A stretch of DNA of 64,000 bases from a virus. Position 1 is the stretch's first letter. Every line of letters starts with the position of its first letter. This document shows, piece by piece, positions 10,009 to 19,366 of the stretch. Position numbers and translations under genes: made by a program. The notes beneath the pieces were generated by a model. The model was not told the DNA's origin and ran no database searches. It was given only the letters and a program-made list of their open reading frames with translations. Location of the stretch: IMG/VR virus record IMGVR_UViG_3300042863_002274. One strand, given 5' to 3'.

Positions 10009-10490
10009 GAGACCATAAAAATTCCCCAGATTCACCAGCATGGGTCGAAGAGGCCGCATCTGTTTTTACAGACGGAGCGCCAGATGTTCTTGAAAAAACA
10101 GCAAAGATGTCCTACACGAAACCAGACGTGCGTGAACGGATAAAAAATAGAATAATGGCTGGCTCCAAAGGTGGCAAACCTGGACAGTGGAGCGCCCGCA
10201 AGGCTCAGTTACTGGCTATGGAGTACAGGAAGGCCGGTGGAGGCTACAGAGGGGCTCCACGTAAGGCGCAGCGCTCATTAAAGACGTGGACTCGTGAGAA
10301 ATGGAGCACGTCAGATGGCAAGCCAGCGATACGTAAGGGCGGAACCCGTAGGTATCTTCCAGCAAAGGCGTGGGCAAAACTGACGCCAGCACAAAGAGCT
10401 GCGACAAACAGGAAAAAAATACTTGGCAGCCGAAAAGGTAGCCAGTTCGTTTCAAACACTGAAGCTGCTAAAAAAGCAAGAAAAAGATAA
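10005..10490 (+). CDS. Basic conserved protein, DUF5872-like
   Basis: GGKPGQWSARKAQLLAMEYRKAGGGY...SLKTWTREKW...RYLPAKAW signature, recalled from a viral/bacterial DUF family. Confidence 0.7.
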   Translation: MRDHKNSPDSPAWVEEAASVFTDGAPDVLEKTAKMSYTKPDVRERIKNRIMAGSKGGKPGQWSARKAQLLAMEYRKAGGGYRGAPRKAQRSLKTWTREKWSTSDGKPAIRKGGTRRYLPAKAWAKLTPAQRAATNRKKILGSRKGSQFVSNTEAAKKARKR

Positions 10491-10502
10491 TAAGGTATTC
10501 CT

Positions 10503-10688
10503 ATGCCATCACGTTTTGATGAAAACAATGAAGAGTACTTAAGCCTCTTGTTTCAATACGAAAGATACGTACAGCACAGTGTTGGAACTTACGAGGACTT
10601 TGACGACTGGCTAGAAATAAGCTATGGTTCCTCAAAGAAAAAAGTACTCAAAAGAAATACTAAAAATCACAAAGACAAGGACTCCTGA
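10503..10688 (+). CDS. Hypothetical protein
   Basis: ORF with aaggt RBS-like site. Confidence 0.55.
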   Translation: MPSRFDENNEEYLSLLFQYERYVQHSVGTYEDFDDWLEISYGSSKKKVLKRNTKNHKDKDS

Positions 10689-10689
10689 T

Positions 10690-10851
10690 ATGACTTTCCC
10701 CGGAATCGACGCAGACATAAAACTCCTTGCTGACTTAAACGCCATTGACTCAAAAAGAAATCATGACGGAGAAGAAAGAGGACTCGATTTGATAGCCGTC
10801 CTAGAACACTCCTACAGGAATGCCAAAAAAGAAGCCGAAACAGAAGACTAG
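10690..10851 (+). CDS. Hypothetical protein
   Basis: ATG 1 nt after the previous stop. Confidence 0.5.
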   Translation: MTFPGIDADIKLLADLNAIDSKRNHDGEERGLDLIAVLEHSYRNAKKEAETED

Positions 10852-11096
10852 TTTTTTGCGGACTTCTTCGGTGCGTTTTTTTGAGCTGTCGAAAGCTCTT
10901 TAACGAGGTCTTTCATCTCTGCCTCATAAATTGCATTGAATTCTTCGGCATGACGTGCCTTGAGAACCATATGAGCCCTCCGACGTGCTTCCTGTCGGAC
11001 CGAGTTGCGCATTTGTGATTCAGCCTTTTGTTCCGGACTGTGCTTAGGCCGACCTCGGTTGATTCCCTTTTCGCGAAGCTTGCTATATTCTGACAT
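10848..11096 (-). CDS. Small basic protein with AT-hook-like RGRPK
   Basis: ORF preceded by GGGAG RBS. Confidence 0.65.
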   Translation of the reverse strand: MSEYSKLREKGINRGRPKHSPEQKAESQMRNSVRQEARRRAHMVLKARHAEEFNAIYEAEMKDLVKELSTAQKNAPKKSAKN

Positions 11097-11307
11097 TATT
11101 GACTCCCAGTTTTATGTAGGTGGATGGGTAAGGAAATCATAAACAAGGTTTTGGTTTTTTGCAACATATTTCAAACATTTTTTAAAAATATATATCTATG
11201 TAAGCTTGGACAAAACAAAACACCCAGCCTTTGAGAAAATCTCGCCAGCTGGGTGTTCTGTTGGTTCTGTAAACCGTTCTCAGACGCTCAGTGCGCCCGT
11301 GAGCGGA

Positions 11308-11784
11308 CTAAAACGGGTCTGAGTCAATTTCCTCAAGAAGGCCGCCAGCAGGTACCTTTGCGGTATTTGGGCGGGTTCTGCGCTGTTGGTCTGATTGTCC
11401 ACGAGGGGCTGCTGACTGGGCATTCTCGCTTCGCTGACGACGCTCAATGGTCTCAAGTGACTTTGTTGAAATAGCAACTTCTTCTGCTACGAGTTCAACT
11501 GCTGAACGCTTGATGCCTTCTTTGTCTTCGTATGAACGCTGCTCTAGGCGGCCATACACGATGACGCCAATTCCCTTTTCGAGAGTGCGAGCTGAGTTCT
11601 CAGCCAAGTAACGCCAAGCGGCGATGTTGAAGTAGCTTGTCTTCTCTTGCTTCTCTCCAGCTTGGTCATACCAAACATGTGTAGATGCTACGGAAAAGCT
11701 CAGTTTTGCTTGTCCTGATGTTGTGTAGGTGAGTTCGGGGTCTGCTGTCAGGTTCCCGACCACTGTAATTGGGGCCAAATTCAT
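11308..11784 (-). CDS. ssb: Single-stranded DNA-binding protein
   Basis: ITVVGNLTADPEL...VIVYGRLEQRSYE OB fold; acidic DSDPF tail. Confidence 0.95.
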   Translation of the reverse strand: MNLAPITVVGNLTADPELTYTTSGQAKLSFSVASTHVWYDQAGEKQEKTSYFNIAAWRYLAENSARTLEKGIGVIVYGRLEQRSYEDKEGIKRSAVELVAEEVAISTKSLETIERRQRSENAQSAAPRGQSDQQRRTRPNTAKVPAGGLLEEIDSDPF

Positions 11785-11871
11785 GGGTTATCTCTTTTCT
11801 ATATGGTTGCCCTCGGAATGGGTCATTCCTGGACAAGCACACGATACACGTCCTGCGCTAGTATGTCAACC

Positions 11872-12126
11872 ATGAATTCAAAAAACGGAACAGAACTTAG
11901 ACTCTCCCTCATAGACCTATTTGCCGAAACAATATCTAACTTTATGGGGCTAGAATCAGCTAGTCCGGAAGAGGCTCGTGAAACACAAATGGCTGCTGAA
12001 GACATCTCTGAACTAATAGCAGGAATGCTTGGATTGACTGTTGATGATGGCCTCAATGAAAAGGGTGAAATGAGCGTAACGATGAGCCGTGAAACACCAG
12101 AAGAATATCAATTAGTAGCAGGATAA
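11872..12126 (+). CDS. Hypothetical acidic protein
   Basis: ORF with TAATG coupling to the next gene; start uncertain. Confidence 0.6.
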   Translation: MNSKNGTELRLSLIDLFAETISNFMGLESASPEEARETQMAAEDISELIAGMLGLTVDDGLNEKGEMSVTMSRETPEEYQLVAG

Positions 12127-12575
12127 TGAAGGAATCATTCGATATCCCAGCCCGGTCTTTTGACTTCAAAAAAGACTTAGAGTTTGGGCTACAAAGCGAA
12201 AAAGAGATAGAGGGGTTTCTTGATGATTTGTCTAACGGTTCCTTTGAGGTAAAAACAGACCGCTACCGAAATGGGAGAATGGTCATAGAAACCGACCAGA
12301 ACCCTAGAGCCATAACAGACGCAGACGGAAACAGAATCTGGCACAAAAGTGGAATAAATGTAACCACGGCCAAATGGTGGGTCTATGTATTTTCTCCGTC
12401 TCAGGGCTTTGTTGTTGTGGATGTTGCTCGCGTGAAAAGATACCTGCGGGCAAACCATGAAACATTCAACGAGTCAACCAAGATAAATCTTGGCGGAAAC
12501 GACAATCCTGCTCGTGGTTTTCTTCTAATGAAAGAACACGTTCAGGATTTGCTAATCAATCAAATCTACGACTAG
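12126..12575 (+). CDS. PD-(D/E)xK nuclease-like protein
   Basis: FDFKKDLEFG...E...FEVKTD...GRMVIE...SGINVTTAKWW. Confidence 0.6.
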   Translation: MKESFDIPARSFDFKKDLEFGLQSEKEIEGFLDDLSNGSFEVKTDRYRNGRMVIETDQNPRAITDADGNRIWHKSGINVTTAKWWVYVFSPSQGFVVVDVARVKRYLRANHETFNESTKINLGGNDNPARGFLLMKEHVQDLLINQIYD

Positions 12576-12613
12576 ATTAAAAGACATCAAGACACGAAAG
12601 CAGTATTAAAAAA

Positions 12614-12943
12614 ATGACAAAAGAACTAAACGCAAACACTTTTGATGAATTTATCCAAAGCGCAGATAAACCAGTCATTGTTGACTTTTGGGCACCCTGG
12701 TGTGGGCCTTGCAGAATAATTGCACCACTCATCGATGAACTGTCAACAGAAATGGCCGAAGAAGTAATATTTGCAAAAATGGACATAGAAGAGTTTCCAG
12801 AATTTGGCAAGCGTTACTCCGTAATGTCAATTCCTGCTTTTGCAATGTTTAAAGACGGCGCATTCGGCGGACTAGTGCCTTCGAGGGGCGGTTACAGCAA
12901 AAGCCGCTTAACAGAAAACATTCGAATAGCCATCGCTCTTTAG
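12614..12943 (+). CDS. trxA: Thioredoxin
   Basis: [11 protein letters not shown] active site. Confidence 0.95.
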   Translation: MTKELNANTFDEFIQSADKPVIVDFWAPWCGPCRIIAPLIDELSTEMAEEVIFAKMDIEEFPEFGKRYSVMSIPAFAMFKDGAFGGLVPSRGGYSKSRLTENIRIAIAL

Positions 12944-12958
12944 CCACAAAAAGCGATG

Positions 12959-13035
12959 GCTGGAGTATCCCCTCACTCTTATAAAGTGTAGAAAGGGTAG
13001 ATGGTGACACGCGAGTTCAAGTCTCGCCTCCAGCA
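12959..13035 (+). ncRNA. Non-canonical tRNA-like RNA (UAU loop; no D arm in the normal position)
   Basis: Acceptor stem GCTGGAG/CTCCAGC; T arm GCGAG-TTCAAGT-CTCGC; stem CACT/AGTG closing the 7-nt loop CT-TAT-AA. Confidence 0.7.
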
Positions 13036-13048
13036 CAAAGAAGGAATT

Positions 13049-13207
13049 ATGAAAAAATTAACAGATTACGAAAAACTAGTACTACACATATCGCGAGAGC
13101 TTCACGACCGTCTAGTACTGGTGTCGGAAAAAGAAAAACTATCAGTAGGCTCGCTTCTCAGAAAAGCAATACACGAGTACTTAGATAAAAACAGCAATCA
13201 AAAATAA
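13049..13207 (+). CDS. CopG/RHH-like DNA-binding protein
   Basis: KLVLHISRELHDRL...SVGSLLRKAIHEYL; aagga RBS before ATG 13049. Confidence 0.7.
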   Translation: MKKLTDYEKLVLHISRELHDRLVLVSEKEKLSVGSLLRKAIHEYLDKNSNQK

Positions 13208-13220
13208 AAGGGAATAAAAA

Positions 13221-13577
13221 ATGGAAATGCCTGACCTACCTCCAGAGCAAAAACGCGAAGAAGAGCGCAGAGCTCTCAGATTCTGGATTGAGCATTGTCA
13301 CGCTCTTGAAGAAAAGCTCTCGCAAACAAGAGAAGAAGCAGAACAATTAAAAAGTCTTCTCAAAATCTGGATGCCTGAAGTGATGAGTGCACGCTCGCAA
13401 GACTATTGGGCCGCTGGATGGCTTGACACTCTCGATACAGAACTCCCCAAGATGGATTCAGACATACACGACGCAGCAACAATTCTCGGAGAAATCCCTA
13501 CCTACTGGGACGGAAATAGTGACCCTGAGATACATGCGACTTGGCGAACATACTCACCCCCATCGAAAGCACTATGA
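13221..13577 (+). CDS. Hypothetical protein
   Basis: ORF with RBS, co-oriented cluster. Confidence 0.65.
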   Translation: MEMPDLPPEQKREEERRALRFWIEHCHALEEKLSQTREEAEQLKSLLKIWMPEVMSARSQDYWAAGWLDTLDTELPKMDSDIHDAATILGEIPTYWDGNSDPEIHATWRTYSPPSKAL

Positions 13578-13586
13578 AAGGTAAAA

Positions 13587-13889
13587 ATGCCAAACAATAA
13601 AGGAACCATAGGAAAATTTACACAAGCAGGAATTGAGAACGATGTCGTTTACGTCATATGGCATACGTCAGACCCAGCAGAAAGATGGTTTGTGACAATC
13701 GAAGAAACCAAAGAGCGAGCAATTCTAAAGTCACTAATCGACAGACGACCACACCCTGCAAATCATGGCTATACCCAGGATGCATGGGCCTACGAAATAG
13801 TCAACGAAAAAACATGGCTACGAATGAACGCTGGGGGATTACCAATCCCGCCTAAATCTGTGATGCCGAATTCAAGCACACATAAATAA
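13587..13889 (+). CDS. Hypothetical protein
   Basis: ORF with gaaaggt RBS. Confidence 0.65.
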   Translation: MPNNKGTIGKFTQAGIENDVVYVIWHTSDPAERWFVTIEETKERAILKSLIDRRPHPANHGYTQDAWAYEIVNEKTWLRMNAGGLPIPPKSVMPNSSTHK

Positions 13890-13905
13890 AAAGAAAGAAA
13901 GAACA

Positions 13906-14154
13906 ATGAGTAACACAAAATTCACCAACACCACTTATCGCGAATGGGAAACTGGCAAATACAAACTAGGCCCCATCCCAGAGTCGTCAGAAAAACAAAT
14001 TGAATTACTGGAGCATGCCATTTATGAAATGTTTGAATGGCTCATGGAGGAACTCGACTACGACAATCCAGGCAGTGTTTCCGACCGCCTATCTGACCAA
14101 GTGAACAAGATTGCCCATAGGGCATACGAAAGAGGATGCGAGCTTAAAGGGTAA
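13906..14154 (+). CDS. Hypothetical protein
   Basis: ORF in co-oriented cluster. Confidence 0.6.
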   Translation: MSNTKFTNTTYREWETGKYKLGPIPESSEKQIELLEHAIYEMFEWLMEELDYDNPGSVSDRLSDQVNKIAHRAYERGCELKG

Positions 14155-14160
14155 TAAATC

Positions 14161-14237
14161 GGGCCCTTAGCTCAGTTGGTTAGAGCGCCGGACTCATAAT
14201 CCGTCAGTCCTGGGTTCAAGTCCCAGAGGGCCCACCA
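14161..14237 (+). tRNA. tRNA with CAT anticodon, most likely tRNA-Ile2 (lysidine, reads AUA)
   Basis: Full cloverleaf: GGGCCCT/AGGGCCC, TAGCTCAGTTGGTTAGAGC, loop CTCATAA, GGTTCAAGTCC, encoded CCA; acceptor and D arm resemble Ile2 rather than initiator Met. Confidence 0.93.
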
Positions 14238-14443
14238 AACAGAAAGTAAAAACATGAAATCCGAAAAACCGATTAACGTCACCATAGCTAACGTCGTGTC
14301 TTGGTATGAAGAATCTGAATCCTGCATACTTCATAATCATGCTCAGCGAATTCCAGTCACCAGGATTGAAGACAAAGATATTGTTCAATCCATAATTGAC
14401 AGTGTTTATTCTTAAAAATTATTAATAGGAGAAAAGTGAAGAC

Positions 14444-14638
14444 ATGGACGAACAGTACACAAAAGAAGACTTATTTGACGATATGGAACATCTTCGAAAA
14501 GCAAACTTGATTGAAATAAAAGGCATGAACGAAGACGGAGAATGGCTGTGGGGACCAACTGCCGAAAGTCTAAATATGTCAGAAGAACATATAATGAAAA
14601 TAATCGATGGTTGGATTGAAGAAGAAGATGACAAATAG
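14444..14638 (+). CDS. Small acidic protein, paralog of 55477-55719
   Basis: EDLFDDMEHLRKANLIEIKGMNEDGEWLW versus EDLYRDMEGLRKAGIIEVTGIAEDGQWLY. Confidence 0.75.
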   Translation: MDEQYTKEDLFDDMEHLRKANLIEIKGMNEDGEWLWGPTAESLNMSEEHIMKIIDGWIEEEDDK

Positions 14639-14830
14639 TCCAGTTTACGCATACTCCTTTCCTCCAGATAATCCGTCTTTCTGCTATCTACTGTGCTCAA
14701 CTGCAGAGGTGGACGCATGGGAGGTTGTTGGCACACTTGACCGACAAATAGCACAACTTGTTGTTACCTCACTAAATCATGCGACCAACGAGCGAACAAG
14801 AAATACCAATCAGACACAGGAACTGAGCTA

Positions 14831-15889
14831 ATGAAGGGTTTAATTTTATCTGGCGGCTCTGGAACGAGACTTAGGCCAATAACACACACGAGCGCAAAAC
14901 AGTTAGTCCCCATTGCCAATAAGCCGATACTTTTTTACGGCATAGAAGACATGGTTAATGCTGGAATAACCGACATTGCAATCATTGTTGGCTCTACGGC
15001 GAACGAAGTAATTGAGGCCGTTGGGGACGGTTCGGCTTTTGGTGCAAAAATAACTTACATAACTCAGGGCGCTCCGCTTGGCTTGGCTCATTGCGTATAC
15101 ATCGCTTCAGATTTTCTAGGTGAAGATAATTTCGTCATGTATCTAGGAGATAACATGATTGAGTCCAGTCTTACCTCTTTTGTACTTGACGGTATGGCCG
15201 GTTTCGACGCAAAACTTCTTCTGAAAGAAGTCGAAGACGCTAGCCAGTTCGGAGTTGCTGAAATAGGTGATGACGGCCGAATAAAAACATTGGTAGAAAA
15301 ACCAGCCAACCCAAAATCCAATTTGGCGCTAGTTGGTGTTTACATGTTTTCAAAAGAAATACATCAAAGCATCAAAAGAATAAAAGCTTCACCGCGAGGC
15401 GAACTTGAAATAACGGACGCGATACAAAACTTAATAGATTCTGGCAGCAGAGTGGCTTACGAGATACTCGATGGCTGGTGGATTGATACTGGCAAAAAAG
15501 ACCCTCTTCTTGAGTGCAATAGGCTCGTTCTTGACGCTATCGAACGAGACATATACGACAACCCTCTTAACTCTTTTACGGCAGACGGAAAAGTAAAAAT
15601 AGGAAAGTCTCAGATATACAATTCCAGAATTATTGGGCCGGTATCTATAGCGGATAATGTAATAATTTCCGATTCGTATATCGGACCATACACATCCATA
15701 GGCCCTGACTGCGTTGTGAGAAATTCAGAAATTCAAAACTCCGTTCTTCTTAAAGGAAGCACAGTCACAGATATTGCAAGAATGAGCGACTCTCTAGTAG
15801 GACGTTCGGCTATTGTAAAACAATCAGAACAAAAACCGTCAGCACTGAAACTGATGATAAGTGACTACAGCGTAGTAGAGGTAGAGTAA
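14831..15889 (+). CDS. rmlA: Glucose-1-phosphate thymidylyltransferase (long form)
   Basis: GLILSGGSGTRLRPIT...KQLVPIANKP, EKP, RGELEITD; C-terminal LbH. Confidence 0.95.
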   Translation: MKGLILSGGSGTRLRPITHTSAKQLVPIANKPILFYGIEDMVNAGITDIAIIVGSTANEVIEAVGDGSAFGAKITYITQGAPLGLAHCVYIASDFLGEDNFVMYLGDNMIESSLTSFVLDGMAGFDAKLLLKEVEDASQFGVAEIGDDGRIKTLVEKPANPKSNLALVGVYMFSKEIHQSIKRIKASPRGELEITDAIQNLIDSGSRVAYEILDGWWIDTGKKDPLLECNRLVLDAIERDIYDNPLNSFTADGKVKIGKSQIYNSRIIGPVSIADNVIISDSYIGPYTSIGPDCVVRNSEIQNSVLLKGSTVTDIARMSDSLVGRSAIVKQSEQKPSALKLMISDYSVVEVE

Positions 15890-16455
15890 TGCCAAAATTT
15901 GAAGAGTGTACGGAAATAAAAGACGTATTAATAGTTCATCCCGACAAGCACGGAGACGAGCGTGGGTACTTCGTAGAGACATACAGGAGAAACTGGTTCC
16001 CTCTGGGTCGAGAAATGGTTCAAGGCAACAGGGGAGACAGAAAAGCTGGCTGCCTAGTAGGTCTTCATTATCATTTACATCAAGCAGATTATTGGTACGT
16101 ACCCTTTGGTGCGTGTTTGGTTATTCTTCACGACATTAGAGAAGGTTCCCCCACTTACGGCAATACCTACACGACACGGCTTGGAATGGTGGACGAGAAC
16201 ACCCACGACCACCGCGGCCTATTCATTCCGCCCGGCGTGGCACATGGGTTTTACTCAGTAACAGACATGACTATCACCTATATGGTTGATAACTACTACA
16301 ACAAAAACGACGAGTTGGGAATACTCTGGAACGACCCAGGCATACATATCGCCGATGCTATTGAAAATCCCACCGTTTCCGATAGGGATAAAAACAATCC
16401 GCTGATATTAGACATCCCGGCCGGGCTAAAACCAATTTACGACTCAAGGACATAA
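15889..16455 (+). CDS. rmlC: dTDP-4-dehydrorhamnose 3,5-epimerase
   Basis: DERGYFVE, GLHY, DIREGSPTYG, IPPGVAHGF. Confidence 0.95.
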   Translation: MPKFEECTEIKDVLIVHPDKHGDERGYFVETYRRNWFPLGREMVQGNRGDRKAGCLVGLHYHLHQADYWYVPFGACLVILHDIREGSPTYGNTYTTRLGMVDENTHDHRGLFIPPGVAHGFYSVTDMTITYMVDNYYNKNDELGILWNDPGIHIADAIENPTVSDRDKNNPLILDIPAGLKPIYDSRT

Positions 16456-16456
16456 C

Positions 16457-17416
16457 GTGAAGCACTTTGTAACCGGTGGAGCTGGGTTTATAGGCTCCAA
16501 CTATGTTCGCTACGTACTAAACAATACAGACGACGAAGTAACAGTTTACGACATGCTGACTTACGCAGGATTATTGACGACGATGAGCGACTTCATAGAT
16601 TCTCCACGTGTCCACTTTGCGTACGGAGACGTTTGCGACAAAGAATCTCTCCTTGCAGCCATGAAGGGGGCTGACTACGTAGTCCATTTTGCTGCAGAGA
16701 CCCATGTTGATAGGTCAATACTTCTTTCCGATGATTTCGTACGTACCAACTGCACTGGAACCGATTCCGTAATGAACATAGCGCAACATATAGGCGTAAA
16801 AAAGGTTGTACACATCGGAACTGACGAGGTTTACGGCTCCGTTGAGACTGGTTCGTCTTTAGAGACCGACCCACTAGAACCACGTTCCCCTTACTCGGCA
16901 TCCAAGGCGGGCTCAGACCTAATAGCGCTGTCTCACTTCCACACACACGGCCTACCGGTCTCGGTTACTAGGTGTACGAACAATTTCGGGCCATATCAGT
17001 TTCCAGAAAAAGCAATACCGCTATTTGTCACAAACATATTTCAAAACAAAAAAATACCTCTATATGGAGACGGTCTCAACGAAAGAGACTGGATTGACGT
17101 TCTTGACCACTGCGCTGCTGTACACAAAGTTCTTACACATGGTGAAAGTGGACAAATTTATAACATAGGCGCTGGCAACGGTACGTCAAATATAGACCTC
17201 GTAGGAATGATTCTTCGATACTTTGAGCAAGACCCCGCCGAGTGGATTGAGCGCGTTCAGGACAGAAAAGGACACGACAGACGTTATTCAGTAGACGTAA
17301 GTAAAATTACAAATCTTGGCTGGAAGCCTCTCCACAATATCGAAGACTCTCTTAGCTACACGATTGACTGGTATCGGTCTAATCGTTGGTGGTGGGAACC
17401 CCTCAAGGATGCATAA
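16457..17416 (+). CDS. rmlB: dTDP-glucose 4,6-dehydratase
   Basis: VTGGAGFIGS, HFAAETHVDRS, TDEVYG, YSASK, HDRRY. Confidence 0.95.
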   Translation: MKHFVTGGAGFIGSNYVRYVLNNTDDEVTVYDMLTYAGLLTTMSDFIDSPRVHFAYGDVCDKESLLAAMKGADYVVHFAAETHVDRSILLSDDFVRTNCTGTDSVMNIAQHIGVKKVVHIGTDEVYGSVETGSSLETDPLEPRSPYSASKAGSDLIALSHFHTHGLPVSVTRCTNNFGPYQFPEKAIPLFVTNIFQNKKIPLYGDGLNERDWIDVLDHCAAVHKVLTHGESGQIYNIGAGNGTSNIDLVGMILRYFEQDPAEWIERVQDRKGHDRRYSVDVSKITNLGWKPLHNIEDSLSYTIDWYRSNRWWWEPLKDA

Positions 17417-18254
17417 GGTTCTCGTAACTGGAGCTGGCGGACAGCTTGGCTTAGAAATAGTAGAACGCAGCATTGAGCACGGATACGAAACTGTCGCGCT
17501 TGACAAACGAGGACTCAACGTCAGCAATCAACAAGACGTAATTGATTCGATAAGAAAACACCAGCCAACACACATCATTCACTGTGCAGCATGGACAGCC
17601 GTGGATGAGTGCGAGAAGCATCAAGTCAAGGCGGAGTCAATAAACGCTGACGGCACTAGGTTCATAGTGCAAGCTGCTGCACAAGTAGGCGCACACGTAA
17701 CGTATATCTCAACGGACTATGTTTTTGACGGAAATAAAAAATCGCCTTACGAAGAAAACGATTCGCCTTCCCCTATCTCCACATACGGCTTAACAAAGCT
17801 TCAAGGAGAAACATGCATGAGGCCTACAGACTCGGTCATACGTGTGTCTTGGGTAAACGGCAAGAACGGTTCAAACATGGTCAAGACCATTCTTCGAATA
17901 GCGGAAGGCTCTTCGGAATTATCTTTTGTCGACGACCAGATTGGTCACCCTACATTTGCAGACGATGCTTCATTACGCATACTTGAAATGTCGATTTCTA
18001 ATTCTCCCGGTATTTGGCACGTGACGAATCAAGGACAAACGTCTTGGTGCGATTTCGCAAAGAATGTACTAGATTTCGCCGGCATCAGCACCCCCGTGAA
18101 ACCCGTAAAAACTGAAGACATCCGCAGCCAAAGGCCAGCTCATCGACCACTCAACTCTGTTCTAAGAAATAAAAGAATGGAAGATGAAAAAATAACATTG
18201 CTCGACCATCATCTTGTTCCGATGGAGCGACTTGTTAGGAAACTTTTGTCTTAA
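17409..18254 (+). CDS. rmlD: dTDP-4-dehydrorhamnose reductase
   Basis: VTGAGGQLG, AAWTAVD, STDYVFDG, YGLTK, DDQIGHPT; ATG at 17409. Confidence 0.95.
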   Translation: MHKVLVTGAGGQLGLEIVERSIEHGYETVALDKRGLNVSNQQDVIDSIRKHQPTHIIHCAAWTAVDECEKHQVKAESINADGTRFIVQAAAQVGAHVTYISTDYVFDGNKKSPYEENDSPSPISTYGLTKLQGETCMRPTDSVIRVSWVNGKNGSNMVKTILRIAEGSSELSFVDDQIGHPTFADDASLRILEMSISNSPGIWHVTNQGQTSWCDFAKNVLDFAGISTPVKPVKTEDIRSQRPAHRPLNSVLRNKRMEDEKITLLDHHLVPMERLVRKLLS

Positions 18255-19366
18255 CTACCGGAAGTTGCTTTCCAGTGACCTATCCCGCCGTTATCAAACA
18301 GATAACGAGCAACTTTTAGATTGCACTTAGAGTCAAGCAGTGCATCAATGTTTTTGACACCACATACGTTCTTTGTAACTGTCCGCCATGAAGAGTTGAT
18401 TTGTAATAAACCGTAATCTCGCGTGCCATTTGAGTTCTTCTTCGAAATTACTTTTTCTTGGCAGCGGCTTTCACGCCACATTATTTGCGAGAACTTCTTT
18501 ACCGGAACAAGCCCTTGCGCTTTCAGTTTACTTTCCCACTGAGGGCAACTTTTGACTACCGATACACCCACAGAAGATTTACTAACTCCAGCAGTAGTTA
18601 CCTGCTTGGGAGATTTCTTTACCTTGGGAACACCCGAAGTTGAAAGTTTCTTTTTCTTTAAGTAATGAACGTGAGCTTGTCTGGTCTTTGGACCATACAC
18701 ACTGTCGACCTTGAGATTAAGAAACATCTGCAAGTCATGAACGGCTTTACTACTTTCGTTAAATTTAAAAGAGAACAAAAGAACATCTTTAAAATTCTCG
18801 TAGTAGAAGAACTTTGGCTTACTCATCCTGTACTTACCCGTGGATTGAGATTTGTAACAACCCCATCCTCCGAGACCTACTGGCTTTTGGTCCCATAAAT
18901 ACACGGCAGGAATTCCCTGACGACGAGCCCAATCTGGGTCACGATGAACGACCTGCTTATAACCTTCGACAGAAATGCGGTTAGCCACGATTATCTGCTC
19001 TTCGCGAGTCGCCTTGTCTGGAGAAGAAGCGAACTGTTCGCCACCGTAACGCTCCCAAGTGCCCATCGACCCCTTCGGGAAACGACTGCTGGTCATTATT
19101 CCTAAGCCGCCAGCCCAACGGCCACCATTGGACCAATCGTTCGCAGTTTCACACTGCGCCAACTTTATCCAAAAAGAATCTGGGGCAAAAGCGTGCTCTC
19201 TCGCTACAGCAGAAGCTCTAATAGATTCTGGTGTAGCTACCGACTGAATCGTCACATGTTGTTCTACCGGTACCTCCTCTTCTGGAGAGGAGGAGGCGCG
19301 AGCTTCAAAAGCTGGCCCCAAAAGTAAAGCAGACAATGCAAAAATAATCAGTCGGTGTGGTTTCAC
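18251..19366 (-). CDS. Secreted muralytic enzyme: signal peptide, Rpf-like transglycosylase, PG-binding domain, SLT lytic transglycosylase
   Basis: WIKLAQCETANDW...GGL...TWERYGG...ATREEQI (Rpf); LQMFLNLKVDSVYGPKT (PG binding); RESRC...DYGLLQIN (SLT). Confidence 0.85.
   Translation of the reverse strand: MKPHRLIIFALSALLLGPAFEARASSSPEEEVPVEQHVTIQSVATPESIRASAVAREHAFAPDSFWIKLAQCETANDWSNGGRWAGGLGIMTSSRFPKGSMGTWERYGGEQFASSPDKATREEQIIVANRISVEGYKQVVHRDPDWARRQGIPAVYLWDQKPVGLGGWGCYKSQSTGKYRMSKPKFFYYENFKDVLLFSFKFNESSKAVHDLQMFLNLKVDSVYGPKTRQAHVHYLKKKKLSTSGVPKVKKSPKQVTTAGVSKSSVGVSVVKSCPQWESKLKAQGLVPVKKFSQIMWRESRCQEKVISKKNSNGTRDYGLLQINSSWRTVTKNVCGVKNIDALLDSKCNLKVARYLFDNGGIGHWKATSGS

Noticed and set aside
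14161-14237. Initiator tRNA-fMet
   Set aside because: Has a paired G1-C72 and lacks the three consecutive G-C pairs in the anticodon stem
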